From NCBI GenBank assembly GCA_965116905.1, contig OZ220732.1:3840001-3904000 (forward strand): a DNA stretch of 64,000 nucleotides. Direction: 5' to 3'. Source of the stretch: Longimicrobiales bacterium (GTDB lineage: Bacteria > Gemmatimonadota > Gemmatimonadetes > Longimicrobiales > Gaopeijiaceae). Positions within the stretch are counted from its first letter, which is position 1. Each line of letters starts with the position of its first letter. The notes below the pieces were generated by a model that searched no databases, had not been told where the DNA came from, and was given only the letters and a program-made list of their open reading frames with translations. Positions 10,388 through 19,940 of this stretch are shown here, one piece after another. The translations under genes were made by a program, and so were the position numbers.

Positions 10388-11605
10388 ATGGAGGAGACGA
10401 GATCGGTACGGGCTGCCCCCCCTGCCTCGGACGGGAACCTTGCGACCACGGTCCTCAACCTCGTATGGAAACGTCGCGAACTCTCACGTGCCGAGATCGC
10501 CCGCCACACCGGGCGCTCGCGTTCCACGATCTCCGAAGTCGTCGCGCGGCTGCTCGACACCGGGCTGGTCGAGGAGGTGGGCAGCGGGGAGAGCAGGGGC
10601 GGACGGCGCCCCATCCTGATCGGGTTCCGGGACGGCGCCGGGGTCATTCTCGGCGTCGACCTGGGCGCGACCCACGTCTCCGTCATCCTGACCGATCTGC
10701 GGGGATCGGCGCTGGCGTGGCACGACCGAGCCTACCCGGTGCGCACCGATCCCGGCGGCGCGGGGAAGCTCGTGGTGGAACTGTGCCGCGACTGCGTTAC
10801 GGAGTGGAACGGGGACAGCCGACTGTTGATGGGCATCGGGGTGGCCGTGCCAAGTCCGGTCGATCCGGAATCTCCGGATCGCGTGCTGGAGCGCATCCAC
10901 CCGGCATGGCGGGGGCGCGCAATCCTGGACAGGCTCGACGCATCCTTCGGCGCACCCGTTTTCGTCGACAACGACGCCAACCTCGGTGCGGTGGCCGAAC
11001 GCTGGTGGGGCAAGGCGCAAGGCGTGGACGACTTCATCTACCTGAAGGTCGCCACCGGGGTAGGTGCCGGTCTCATGATCGGCGGGGAGATATACCGCGG
11101 CTCGACGGGAGTGGCCGGCGAGATCGGCCACATCGTGGTCGACCCCAGCGGCCCCGAATGCGTGTGCGGGAGTCATGGCTGCCTGGCCACATTCGTGGGC
11201 ACCGGGGCCTTGGTCGAAAGGACCAGGGACCTTCTCCGAAGCTCGCCCCCAAGCACCCTGGCCGGCATGGACCTGAACATCAGGATCATCGAAGAAGCGG
11301 CGCTGCGGGACGATCCGGTGGCTCTCCGGGTCGTGCACGAAGCAGCTCATCACCTGGGCATCGCCCTGGCGGGCCTGCTCAATCTGCTGAATCCCGGATC
11401 AGTTGTAGTTGGGGGCAGCCTCGCCCGCGCCGGAGACCGGCTGCTGCTTCCGCTACGCGAGGCCGTGCTTCGGCGCACCCTCGTCACTTCGGCAGCCGCC
11501 GCCGAAATCGTCGTGAGCGAACTGGGGCCTCGCGCCACGGCATTGGGCGCGGCGACACACGTCCTGGTCGCCGCCCTCGCCGACCCCAGCCTCTTTCCGA
11601 AGTGA
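10388..11605 (+). CDS. ROK-family transcriptional repressor (XylR/NagC-like)
   Basis: N-terminal HTH LSRAEIARHTGRSRSTIS; GGRRP; DNDANLGA; GEIGH; CVCGSHGCL zinc motif; AGGAGG upstream. Confidence 0.92.
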   Translation: MEETRSVRAAPPASDGNLATTVLNLVWKRRELSRAEIARHTGRSRSTISEVVARLLDTGLVEEVGSGESRGGRRPILIGFRDGAGVILGVDLGATHVSVILTDLRGSALAWHDRAYPVRTDPGGAGKLVVELCRDCVTEWNGDSRLLMGIGVAVPSPVDPESPDRVLERIHPAWRGRAILDRLDASFGAPVFVDNDANLGAVAERWWGKAQGVDDFIYLKVATGVGAGLMIGGEIYRGSTGVAGEIGHIVVDPSGPECVCGSHGCLATFVGTGALVERTRDLLRSSPPSTLAGMDLNIRIIEEAALRDDPVALRVVHEAAHHLGIALAGLLNLLNPGSVVVGGSLARAGDRLLLPLREAVLRRTLVTSAAAAEIVVSELGPRATALGAATHVLVAALADPSLFPK

Positions 11606-11611
11606 ATTGGC

Positions 11612-12466
11612 ATGATCGCCATCCAATCCGAACGGTGCCGCGGCCTCCGTGATCCGGGGGGCCCGCGCGGTCTGGTCATTGTTCCTTTGCTCGGTATGGC
11701 TCTGACCGCCTGCGACGATGGCACGACCGTAAACGAGGTTTCCTGGGAACTTGCCTGGAGCGACGAATTCGAGGGTCCCGCCGGCCAGCTTCCCGACCCG
11801 GCCAAGTGGGCCTTCGACATCGGCACCGACTGGGGCAACGCCCAGCTGGAATTCGACACCGACCGGCCCGAGAACGTGTCTCTGGACGGGAGCGGCAACC
11901 TGGCCATCACCGCACGCCGGGAATCCTATCAGGGCAGCGCGTACACGTCCGGCCGGATCAAGACGCAAGGGCTCTTCGAGCAGGCGTATGGCCGTTTCGA
12001 GGCACGGATCCGGCTCCCCACCGGGCAGGGTATCTGGCCCGCCTTCTGGATGCTCGGCAACGACATCGACGCGGTAGGCTGGCCGCAGTGCGGCGAGATC
12101 GACATCATGGAATACCGGGGTCAGGAGCCGAGTCTGGTGCTCGGCACCGTGCACGGACCCGGCTACTCCGCGAGTGCGGGAGTCACCGGCCGCTACGCCC
12201 TGTCCGGAGCGCGCTTCGACACCGGCTTCCATGTTTTCTCGATCGAGTGGACGGACGAGGACATCAAGTGGTTTGTCGACGGTGAGCACTACCACACCGT
12301 GGGTCCCGGCGACACCGGCGGCGAATGGGTCTTCGACCATCCCTTCTTCATCCTCCTCAATGTCGCGGTGGGCGGTGGCTTCGTGGGACCGCCCAACGAA
12401 TCCACGTCCTTCCCCCAGACCATGCTGGTCGACTGGGTGCGCGTCTACCAGAGCGACCGGGAATGA
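11612..12466 (+). CDS. GH16 beta-1,3-glucanase (laminarinase-like) lipoprotein
   Basis: WSDEF, YTSGRIKT, GIWPAFWMLG, WPQCGEIDIME catalytic motif, VDWVRVYQ; lipobox-like ALTAC. Confidence 0.92.
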   Translation: MIAIQSERCRGLRDPGGPRGLVIVPLLGMALTACDDGTTVNEVSWELAWSDEFEGPAGQLPDPAKWAFDIGTDWGNAQLEFDTDRPENVSLDGSGNLAITARRESYQGSAYTSGRIKTQGLFEQAYGRFEARIRLPTGQGIWPAFWMLGNDIDAVGWPQCGEIDIMEYRGQEPSLVLGTVHGPGYSASAGVTGRYALSGARFDTGFHVFSIEWTDEDIKWFVDGEHYHTVGPGDTGGEWVFDHPFFILLNVAVGGGFVGPPNESTSFPQTMLVDWVRVYQSDRE

Positions 12467-14571
12467 CCTCTCGCGGCGACACCCGGCCCCGGGACCGCAT
12501 ATCATTCCCGCACAAGGTCGCCTATGGGATTGGCGGGTTCGTCAACAACCTGCTGGCCTCGGCGATCGGCGGGATGACGATCATACTCACTCTGGCTTTG
12601 GGTGTCAGTCCCGCGCTCGTCGGACTGTTGGGGGCCCTTCCACGCATCTTCGACGCGATCACCGATCCCCTCGTGGGATTCATTTCCGACAACACGAAGT
12701 CGCGCTGGGGGCGCCGGCGGCCCTACATCTTCGCCGGGGCCATCTTCACCGGGATCGTGTTTGCGCTCCTCTGGCAGATTCCCGCCCCGGCACAGTTTCG
12801 CCTCAAGCTCGTGGACTACGGCGCGGACGGCATCTACAGCGGTCCACACGCGGTCCAGGAAACCGAGACGGTGGGTGTCGCACAGGCCGTTCGAGGCCGA
12901 ATGGGGGGTGCCCGGCGAATGGACGATGTCGAGCACGAGGTGACCATAATCCCCCCGACCCTTGTCACGGGCCAGTGGGTCGGCATCGACGTCCCCCTGG
13001 CAAGCTTCGACCAGTTGACCACGCGCGACCACCTCGCCCAGATCCTGATCTCGGGCGATCTGGAAAACGTCTACGTCGACAACATCTATCTCTACCGGGA
13101 AGAAGATGCAGGAGAGGGCGCGGCCGCGCCGGCGCTCGAAGACGTAGAGGGAGCGACGGAGCCGACGACCGCCGCGCCGGAGCCCACGCGACCGGCCGAG
13201 GACGTCATTTCCTTCTTCAGCGACGCCTACGACGATGTCCCGGTCGGGTATTTCTCCACGGACTGGGACCGGTCGGACGTGGAAGACGCGTTCGCGGGCG
13301 GCGATCCCGTCAAGCACTACTACAACCTTCGCTTCGCAGGGATCGACTTCGGCGAGCAGACGGTGGACGCCACCGCAATGACGCACGTGCATCTCGACAT
13401 CTGGACGCCCGACGCGACGCCCGAGGGCCGGAGCGACATGTACTACTTCTGGTACTTCCTGATCGGGTCGCTGATCTTCTTCCTGGGCTACACGGTCTTT
13501 GCCACGCCCTGGGTTGCGCTCGGCTATGAGCTGACGCCCGACTACAACGAGCGCACGCGGCTGATGGGCGTCCAGAACTTCATCAGCAACTTTGCGTTCA
13601 TCATCGCTCCGTGGTTCCTGGTGATCATGACGAATCCGGACTGGTTCCGTAACCAGATCGACGGCGCCAGGTTCCTCGCACTGATGATCTGCATCGCGAC
13701 GGTCGCCCTGGGCGTCCTTCCCGCCGTCTTCCTGCGCGAACGCCTTGCGCCGACGCCCGAAGCCACCCGGGCTCGAGCCGACGCGCCAGCCGGAAGCAAG
13801 GGGCTCGGCGCGAACGTCACCGAGTTCCTGTCAGGCCTGTTGAAGACCGTCAAATCCGGGCCGTTTCTGCTGCTGTGCCTCGCGACCTTCCTGATCTTCA
13901 ACAGCTTTATCATGATCTCGTCGTTCCAGATCTTCGTGTTCATCTACCACATTTCCGAGGGAAGCCAGGTGAACGGCGCCTGGCTCGCCGGCATAGTGGG
14001 TACGGTGGGGATGGTGGCGGGTTTCGGGGCCATCGTTGTGGTCACCTGGCTGGGCACCAGGATCGGAAAGCGGAGGGCGTTCTTCGTCTCGACGGCCATT
14101 TCCATGCTCGGCTACGCGTTGAAATGGTTCTGTTACCGCCCCGAGTACCCCATGCTGGCTCTCGTGCCCGCGCCCTTCCTCGCGTTCGGCCTGAGCGGAC
14201 TCTTCACCCTGATGGGTTCGATGATCGCGGACGTGGTGGATCTGGACGAACTCGGGAACATGGACGCCCAGGGACGAAGCCAGCGACGGGAAGGGATGTT
14301 CGGCTCCATCTACTGGTGGGTCGTCAAGGTCGGTCAGGCGGCAGCGATCGGACTCGGCGGACTCCTCCTGGTCGCAACCGGATTCGATGTCGACCTGGGA
14401 GCCAACCAGGGGGCGCAAACGCTCGTCCTGATGCGCGTCTTCGACGCCTTCATCCCCCTGGCCGCATCCGGTCTCGCCATCTACGCGATCGCCAGGTTCC
14501 CGATCACGGAACAGATGGCGCTCCGGACACGCGAGGAACTGGAGCGGCGGCGGGCGGGCGCGGCGGCGTAG
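12463..14571 (+). CDS. GPH/MFS sugar:cation symporter with inserted carbohydrate-binding-like domain
   Basis: DAITDPLVGFISDNTKSRWGRRRPYI, ELTPDYNERTRL, SMIADVVD, RREG motifs; ~210-aa soluble insert at ~12790-13430; ATGA overlap with the GH16 gene. Confidence 0.88.
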   Translation: MTSRGDTRPRDRISFPHKVAYGIGGFVNNLLASAIGGMTIILTLALGVSPALVGLLGALPRIFDAITDPLVGFISDNTKSRWGRRRPYIFAGAIFTGIVFALLWQIPAPAQFRLKLVDYGADGIYSGPHAVQETETVGVAQAVRGRMGGARRMDDVEHEVTIIPPTLVTGQWVGIDVPLASFDQLTTRDHLAQILISGDLENVYVDNIYLYREEDAGEGAAAPALEDVEGATEPTTAAPEPTRPAEDVISFFSDAYDDVPVGYFSTDWDRSDVEDAFAGGDPVKHYYNLRFAGIDFGEQTVDATAMTHVHLDIWTPDATPEGRSDMYYFWYFLIGSLIFFLGYTVFATPWVALGYELTPDYNERTRLMGVQNFISNFAFIIAPWFLVIMTNPDWFRNQIDGARFLALMICIATVALGVLPAVFLRERLAPTPEATRARADAPAGSKGLGANVTEFLSGLLKTVKSGPFLLLCLATFLIFNSFIMISSFQIFVFIYHISEGSQVNGAWLAGIVGTVGMVAGFGAIVVVTWLGTRIGKRRAFFVSTAISMLGYALKWFCYRPEYPMLALVPAPFLAFGLSGLFTLMGSMIADVVDLDELGNMDAQGRSQRREGMFGSIYWWVVKVGQAAAIGLGGLLLVATGFDVDLGANQGAQTLVLMRVFDAFIPLAASGLAIYAIARFPITEQMALRTREELERRRAGAAA

Positions 14572-14578
14572 GTCGGCG

Positions 14579-16498
14579 TCAGCGCGGCCCGGCGCCCCGC
14601 CGCTCCTGTCGCGGTCGCAGTGTCTCGCCTCGGACCGCCAGCCCATGGCCCCGGGGAAAGAGGATGTTCTCCCCGCCCGGCCCGGCACCGTTGCCGGTCG
14701 GGTCCGTCGGTGTTCTGCCCGGCCAGGTGGACGACAGCCGCCCCGTGAACTCGTGGTCGCCGAAGAGCACGTCGGCCACGCCCGCGCCCTCCGAGCCAGG
14801 CAGCCACGCCGCGACGAAGGCCGCCGATTCGGCGAGTTCCGCGTCCACCACGAGGGGGCGGCCCGAAATGAGGACCGTGACCACGTGTATGCCGCGCGCT
14901 GCCAGTCTGCGAATGGTGGCGAGGTCCTCGGGGTGCAGGGTGGCAAGCTCCAGGGTCTGTCCATACGGCATGAGCACACCAGGACCTGCGGGCAGGTGGT
15001 TGGCGCCGGGGCGAACGGGGCTCGGGTCCCGGATGTCACCCACCCCCTCGGCGTATGGACGCTCGCCGATGACCACCACAGCCGTATCGAAGTCGTCGGC
15101 CTCGGCGACTGCTCCACCGTTACCGCAGAGCACAGACCCCGGCGCCACATCCCGAATACCCTCCCAGATCGAGGTGCCGCCCGGAACCCTCTCGTTGCCC
15201 GAGATGCCCTGCCATTCGACGGTGAAGCCGCCGCACTGCCGCCCGCGGTCGTGCGCGTTGCGGCCCGTGACCAGAATGCGCGCGCCGCGGCGGAGGGGCA
15301 GGGCGCCGCCCTCGTTCTTGAGGAGCACGAGGGACTTGCGCACCGCTTCCCGGGCGACCTCGCGGTGCTCGCGTGACCCGAAGCCCGCGCCGTCGGCCCT
15401 CCCGCGCAGCGCCGGGCGCGCCTTGTCGAACAGGCCGCTCGCGAGCTTGACCCGCAGGATCCTCGTCACCGCGTCGTCGATCCGCTCGATGGGCACTGCG
15501 CCCCGTTCGACCTGTGAGATCAGCCCCGAGATGAGCTCCCGCCACGTCTCCGGCACCATGAACATGTCGACGCCCGCGTTGACCGCCATCGCCGCGGCCT
15601 CGCCGTAGTCGTCCGCCAGCGGATCGACGCCGTTCCAGTCCGAGACGACGAAGCCGGCAAAGCCCAGTTCACCCTTCAGCACGTCCCGTATCAGGTATCG
15701 GTGTGCGTGGCACTTCGAACCGTTCCAGCTGCTCAGCGAGGCCATCACCGTGAGGACGCCGGCATCGAGCGCGGGGAGGTAGGGTGCGACATGGAGGCGG
15801 CGCAACTCCACCTCGTCGGCGAGCGTGTCGCCCTGGTCCACGCCGGCATCGGTGCCGCCGTCTCCGACCCAGTGCTTGGCGCAGGCCAGAACGCTGTCCG
15901 GACCCGGTCCCGCGAGGCCGTCTCCGCGGCCCGCCTCCTGCAGTCCACGCACGATCCGCGCCGCGTACTCCGCCACCAGCGCGGGATCCTCCGAGTAGCT
16001 CTCGTAGGTGCGCCCCCAGCGCGGATCGCGCGCGACGGCAAGCGTGGGCGCGAAGGTCCAGTCCACGCCGGTGGCCAGCACTTCCAGCGCCGTGACCCGC
16101 CCGATCCGTTCGACGAGATCCGGGTCGCCCGCCGCCCCCAATCCGATGTTGTGTGGGAAAACCGTCGCGCCGAGGACGTTGGCGTTGCCGTGGATCGCAT
16201 CGACCCCGTAGAGGATCGGTATCGCCATGTGGTCCTCGTCCTCTTCCATCGAGGCCGACCAGTACGCGTCGTTCATCGCCACCCAGTCGGCCGGGCGGTT
16301 GCGGCCCGGGCACGAACCGCCGCCGCTCAGCACCGAACCGATGTGGTACGCCTTGACCTGCGCGGGGCTGACGTGCTGCCGTTCCGGCTGCGTCATCTGC
16401 CCGATCTTCTGCGCAAGCGTCATGCGCACGACCAGGTCGCCGGCACGCTCCGCGATCTCGGCCGTGTGGCCGTGGGCGACGCTTGTGAACCCGTTCAC
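14579..16498 (-). CDS. GH3 beta-glucosidase (exo-beta-glucosidase-like), probably cytoplasmic
   Basis: KIGQMTQ, DAIHG, RDPRWGRTYESYSED, AKHWVGDGG, GFVVSDW, AAWLPGSEG; no signal peptide. Confidence 0.92.
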   Translation of the reverse strand: MNGFTSVAHGHTAEIAERAGDLVVRMTLAQKIGQMTQPERQHVSPAQVKAYHIGSVLSGGGSCPGRNRPADWVAMNDAYWSASMEEDEDHMAIPILYGVDAIHGNANVLGATVFPHNIGLGAAGDPDLVERIGRVTALEVLATGVDWTFAPTLAVARDPRWGRTYESYSEDPALVAEYAARIVRGLQEAGRGDGLAGPGPDSVLACAKHWVGDGGTDAGVDQGDTLADEVELRRLHVAPYLPALDAGVLTVMASLSSWNGSKCHAHRYLIRDVLKGELGFAGFVVSDWNGVDPLADDYGEAAAMAVNAGVDMFMVPETWRELISGLISQVERGAVPIERIDDAVTRILRVKLASGLFDKARPALRGRADGAGFGSREHREVAREAVRKSLVLLKNEGGALPLRRGARILVTGRNAHDRGRQCGGFTVEWQGISGNERVPGGTSIWEGIRDVAPGSVLCGNGGAVAEADDFDTAVVVIGERPYAEGVGDIRDPSPVRPGANHLPAGPGVLMPYGQTLELATLHPEDLATIRRLAARGIHVVTVLISGRPLVVDAELAESAAFVAAWLPGSEGAGVADVLFGDHEFTGRLSSTWPGRTPTDPTGNGAGPGGENILFPRGHGLAVRGETLRPRQERRGAGPR

Positions 16499-16534
16499 AA
16501 TTCGAATTGACGAAGGCGGCAGCCGGTCGTCCCG

Positions 16535-19500
16535 CTACATCCCGATGTGCAGGTAGGTCCGAATCTCCCACTCGCGTCCGTTCTCGCCGCCGAGGTCGGG
16601 GTTGCACTCCATCCTCCCGAAGTCATCGGGCGAGAGCCCCGGACAGTAGCGGGGCGAGAACTCGTTGAGGGTGCGCATCGCAGCCCGTACGCCGAAACGG
16701 GTCTGCGGCATGTCGAACCACTCGGGAGGACCGAGGGTGTACGAGACGTCGCCCACCAGCTGCAGCGGGAAGGTGTGGTTGAAGTCGCGGTGGTAGTCGT
16801 ACGGGCCCCAGTCGTTGATCCGCGCCATCGACTGGAACTTGATCGAGCCGGCGATCAGACGCAGGTCCAGCCCGGCCCGGTTGATCACGCGCTCGTCGCT
16901 GCCGTTGGGTTCTCCCTTGCCCACGAAGACGTTGGCGACAACCCCTGCCGCGGCCGAGCGCTTCGAGACGATCCGCGCCTTGACCTCCCACAGGTCGCGC
17001 GCAGGAGGTGCACCGGGGAACGCGAAGGTCGAGCGGCCGTCGGCGAAGATTCCGATCCCGGCGTCCTGGGTGGTGGGGAAGCTGTAGTACACGAAGCCGA
17101 ACGAGGTCGCGAAGCGCGCGTCCTCGCGAATGTCGCTGTCCCAGGTGTACATCCAGGTGGCGGGGGTCGGGTCGTAGGTGAAGAGGATTTCGGCCGCGCG
17201 GGTCTCGCGGTTGCCCCGGACGGCAAAGGGGTCGTCCAGGATGTTGCGGGGACGTCCCGGGGCCGGGGCATCGGCCGGCACCGGACCCACCAGAGGTTTC
17301 CGCCACAGGAAGTTCGGCGCGACCTGCCAGTTGCCCGAGGTGATCGCGAACCCGGTGATGACGTTGCGCTGGTTGCCGTGCCCCGTGTCCTTCAGCGTCC
17401 ACCCGGTGAAAGTCTGAGTCTGGGTGAAGCCGCCGTCGGCCACGAGGCCCATCGCCGCACCCTGCAGATACCAGCTCAGCCGCCCCCGGGTGAGCGTGAT
17501 CCTGGCCTTCGCCCCCAGTGCGTCCGACGGCTTGATCTCGTCGTGGAGCACCCGGTAGCTGCCGGGCGATCCGTCGACGACCTGGAAGGGCTGCCCTTCC
17601 TTGGTGCTCCCCGACCAGATGCCGCCGACATCGACGATCATGTTGCCGCGGGTCGCGGTCATGTGCAGGGTCGCCTTGCGCGTCGGCGGGAGCGGAATGG
17701 CGAACGAGCTGGCCGCCTTCCCCGCCGCGGCCAGGTCTTCCTGGTAGATGGCCGTCGTCTCGAAGGGCCCGATATTCGTCTGGTACTTGGCCAGGATCGC
17801 CGGGTTGGCTCCCCACCAGAGCTCCGGGCCAATCGCCACCTTCCACCCGCTGAAGGAGCGCTTGCCGGTGATCTCCATCCCGACCGGCGCAACCCCGTTG
17901 TAGATGTCCATGTTGGGCCCGTAGTTGGCCTCCGGGTACAGCCCGAAGAAGTCGCCCTCGTAGCCCCAGTGGTAGTGGCCGGTGCGGTAGAAGCCCTCGA
18001 GGTTGAACCAGCGGTCGTCCCACGAAAAGCTGGCGTTGTAGACCTTGAGCCGCTCGATGTCCTGGAGCTGGAAGGTCTCGCCGTTGTCGGCCTCGATGAC
18101 GCGCGAGCGGCCCCTGTTCTCGTAGAAGAGTTCGTCGATCGGATTCTGGGGAACGTCGCCGAGGATGTTCAGAGAGACGTTCGCGACCATGCTCTGGACG
18201 GGCCTGGCGGCCATGTCCGCATAGAACGACTGCATCTTGTCGAAGCCCCGGTGACTGGGGAAGGAGCGGTTCCGTTCCGGAGCCTCCTCGGGCGTGCTCA
18301 CCAGGCGGCCGCCGGTGCTGAAGGTCTCGAGTTCCGCCCGGATTCCACTCAGGTGAACGCGGTCGCGCGCGGTGGCCAGCAGGGCGGCGCGGTCGCCCAG
18401 GGCCTGCAGGGCGACGTTGGCTGGCTGGATCGAGGCGAAGTGCTGCCGGATGGCCGCAACATCCGTTCCCGGCCCGTACGGATCGAGCCTGTACGCTTCC
18501 TGCAGCGCGTAGTAGGCGGCGCGCGGGTAGAGTTCGTAGAGGTTGTTGTGGTCGGTGGGGCCCTTGGCGACGATCCCCCACCACTCCTCGTTCATGTTGT
18601 TGTCGCCCTCGACGAAGTCCTCCGGATAGGCGTCGTTCGCCCACGAGGCGTTGGTGTCCTGGATGTCCAGCCGGTCCTCCTGGCCGAACTTCCACCACCC
18701 GTCGGTCCACTGGAAGGTGAGACCCCCGATCGAGTTGCCCACGCCCCCCTTCCCGGCGGATTCCTCGTAGATCTCGCGCCACTGCTCGATCAGGTACTTC
18801 GCCTGCGTGACCTGGTCCTCGCGCATGTTCTTCGCGTCCCAGACATCCGCGCCGAACTCGGTGAACATGACGGGGCGGTCGAGCTTGTCGTGCACCTCCT
18901 GGAAGAGGTCCCTGAAGGAGATGCCGCGGTAGACGTTGGTGCCGAAGACGTCCAGGTCGGGGATCTCCTCGGCGATGATGTCGATGTACTGGAGGTCGCC
19001 GTTGGCCATCGCGATCGGGCGCGTGTCGTCCATCTCCTTGATGCGGGCAGCCACATCGCCGAAGAGCGAGTACATGTAGCGCGCGCGCACGGCGTCCGCC
19101 TCGCCTGCGGGCAAGTCCTCGGTCTCGGCCGAACTCCACACCAGTCCGTAGTTGTTCTCGTTGCCCAGCAGCCACATCAGGACGCCGGGAGTGTCCTTGA
19201 AGGCGCTGACCATCTCCTCGATCTCGCCCATCACCACCGCGCGGGCCCGCGGATCCGAGTAGTCCGTGTTGGGGTTGAAGACGCCGCCCACGGTCACGCC
19301 GTAGCGCGCGACCGCGTGGTTCAGGACCGTGTAGATCCCGTACGTCTCGTAGATATGCCGCACCCACTTCGGCGTGATCCCCACATAGGCGCGGATCGCA
19401 TTCCCGCCCATCGCCTTCAGCAGCGACATCTCGCGTTCGAGCGCCGCCTCGATGATGTGGTCGGGCTCGGTCCAGAAGTTGTAGTTGTAGGTGGTGCCGC

Positions 19501-19795
19501 GCGGGAAGTAGTCCCAGTTGACGCCGAGCACCATGATGTCGTCGCCGTCCACCTGGAGACGGGTGCCCGAGTCGTCCGTGACGAGCTCGATGACCGGCAT
19601 GTCGGGCTCGGCGTCCTGCGCCGCACCGGGCGTGGCGGGTGCGAGCGCGAGAACGAGCGCCAGGGCGAGCGCCAGGGCGAGCGCCAGGGCGGAGGCAAGA
19701 GCCGGCGATTCCATCAAGCCGCGCGCGGTGAGCCGCCTCCCCGCGGCTGCGAGCCCGCTGGCGACTCGGGTGATCGGATGGCGGATCGAACTCAT
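16535..19795 (-). CDS. Secreted clan GH-A glycosidase (GH2-TIM-barrel-like) fused to a large C-terminal probable beta-barrel domain
   Basis: GGAGGAG RBS before ATG 19795; signal peptide; NAIRAY, WLLGNENNYG, FTEFGAD, DGWWK, NEEWWGI; C-terminal ~600 aa with alternating beta-strand pattern ending EIRTYLHIGM. Confidence 0.75.
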   Translation of the reverse strand: MSSIRHPITRVASGLAAAGRRLTARGLMESPALASALALALALALALVLALAPATPGAAQDAEPDMPVIELVTDDSGTRLQVDGDDIMVLGVNWDYFPRGTTYNYNFWTEPDHIIEAALEREMSLLKAMGGNAIRAYVGITPKWVRHIYETYGIYTVLNHAVARYGVTVGGVFNPNTDYSDPRARAVVMGEIEEMVSAFKDTPGVLMWLLGNENNYGLVWSSAETEDLPAGEADAVRARYMYSLFGDVAARIKEMDDTRPIAMANGDLQYIDIIAEEIPDLDVFGTNVYRGISFRDLFQEVHDKLDRPVMFTEFGADVWDAKNMREDQVTQAKYLIEQWREIYEESAGKGGVGNSIGGLTFQWTDGWWKFGQEDRLDIQDTNASWANDAYPEDFVEGDNNMNEEWWGIVAKGPTDHNNLYELYPRAAYYALQEAYRLDPYGPGTDVAAIRQHFASIQPANVALQALGDRAALLATARDRVHLSGIRAELETFSTGGRLVSTPEEAPERNRSFPSHRGFDKMQSFYADMAARPVQSMVANVSLNILGDVPQNPIDELFYENRGRSRVIEADNGETFQLQDIERLKVYNASFSWDDRWFNLEGFYRTGHYHWGYEGDFFGLYPEANYGPNMDIYNGVAPVGMEITGKRSFSGWKVAIGPELWWGANPAILAKYQTNIGPFETTAIYQEDLAAAGKAASSFAIPLPPTRKATLHMTATRGNMIVDVGGIWSGSTKEGQPFQVVDGSPGSYRVLHDEIKPSDALGAKARITLTRGRLSWYLQGAAMGLVADGGFTQTQTFTGWTLKDTGHGNQRNVITGFAITSGNWQVAPNFLWRKPLVGPVPADAPAPGRPRNILDDPFAVRGNRETRAAEILFTYDPTPATWMYTWDSDIREDARFATSFGFVYYSFPTTQDAGIGIFADGRSTFAFPGAPPARDLWEVKARIVSKRSAAAGVVANVFVGKGEPNGSDERVINRAGLDLRLIAGSIKFQSMARINDWGPYDYHRDFNHTFPLQLVGDVSYTLGPPEWFDMPQTRFGVRAAMRTLNEFSPRYCPGLSPDDFGRMECNPDLGGENGREWEIRTYLHIGM
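19655..19690. repeat. 12-bp tandem repeat x3 (gagcgccagggc) encoding Ala-Leu repeats in a signal peptide
   Basis: Read directly from the sequence. Confidence 0.8.
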
Positions 19796-19826
19796 GGCTG
19801 CACTCCTCCCCGGCGGGCCCCGAATT

Positions 19827-19876
19827 ACTTTGTTCGGTTGCCGAACAAAGTGCGCGGCGGTTCGGGTCTCTGTCAA
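19827..19876 (-). promoter_or_regulatory. Second promoter/operator copy: TTGACA-N19-ACTTTGTTCGGCAACCGAACAAAGT
   Basis: tgtcaa at 19871-19876; palindrome at 19827-19851, identical on the minus strand to 8276-8300. Confidence 0.8.
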
Positions 19877-19940
19877 GAAGGGGGAGTTCAGAACGTCAAG
19901 TCCCGTTACTTGGAAAAATCGGTCTCGCCGTCGCGCCCAC

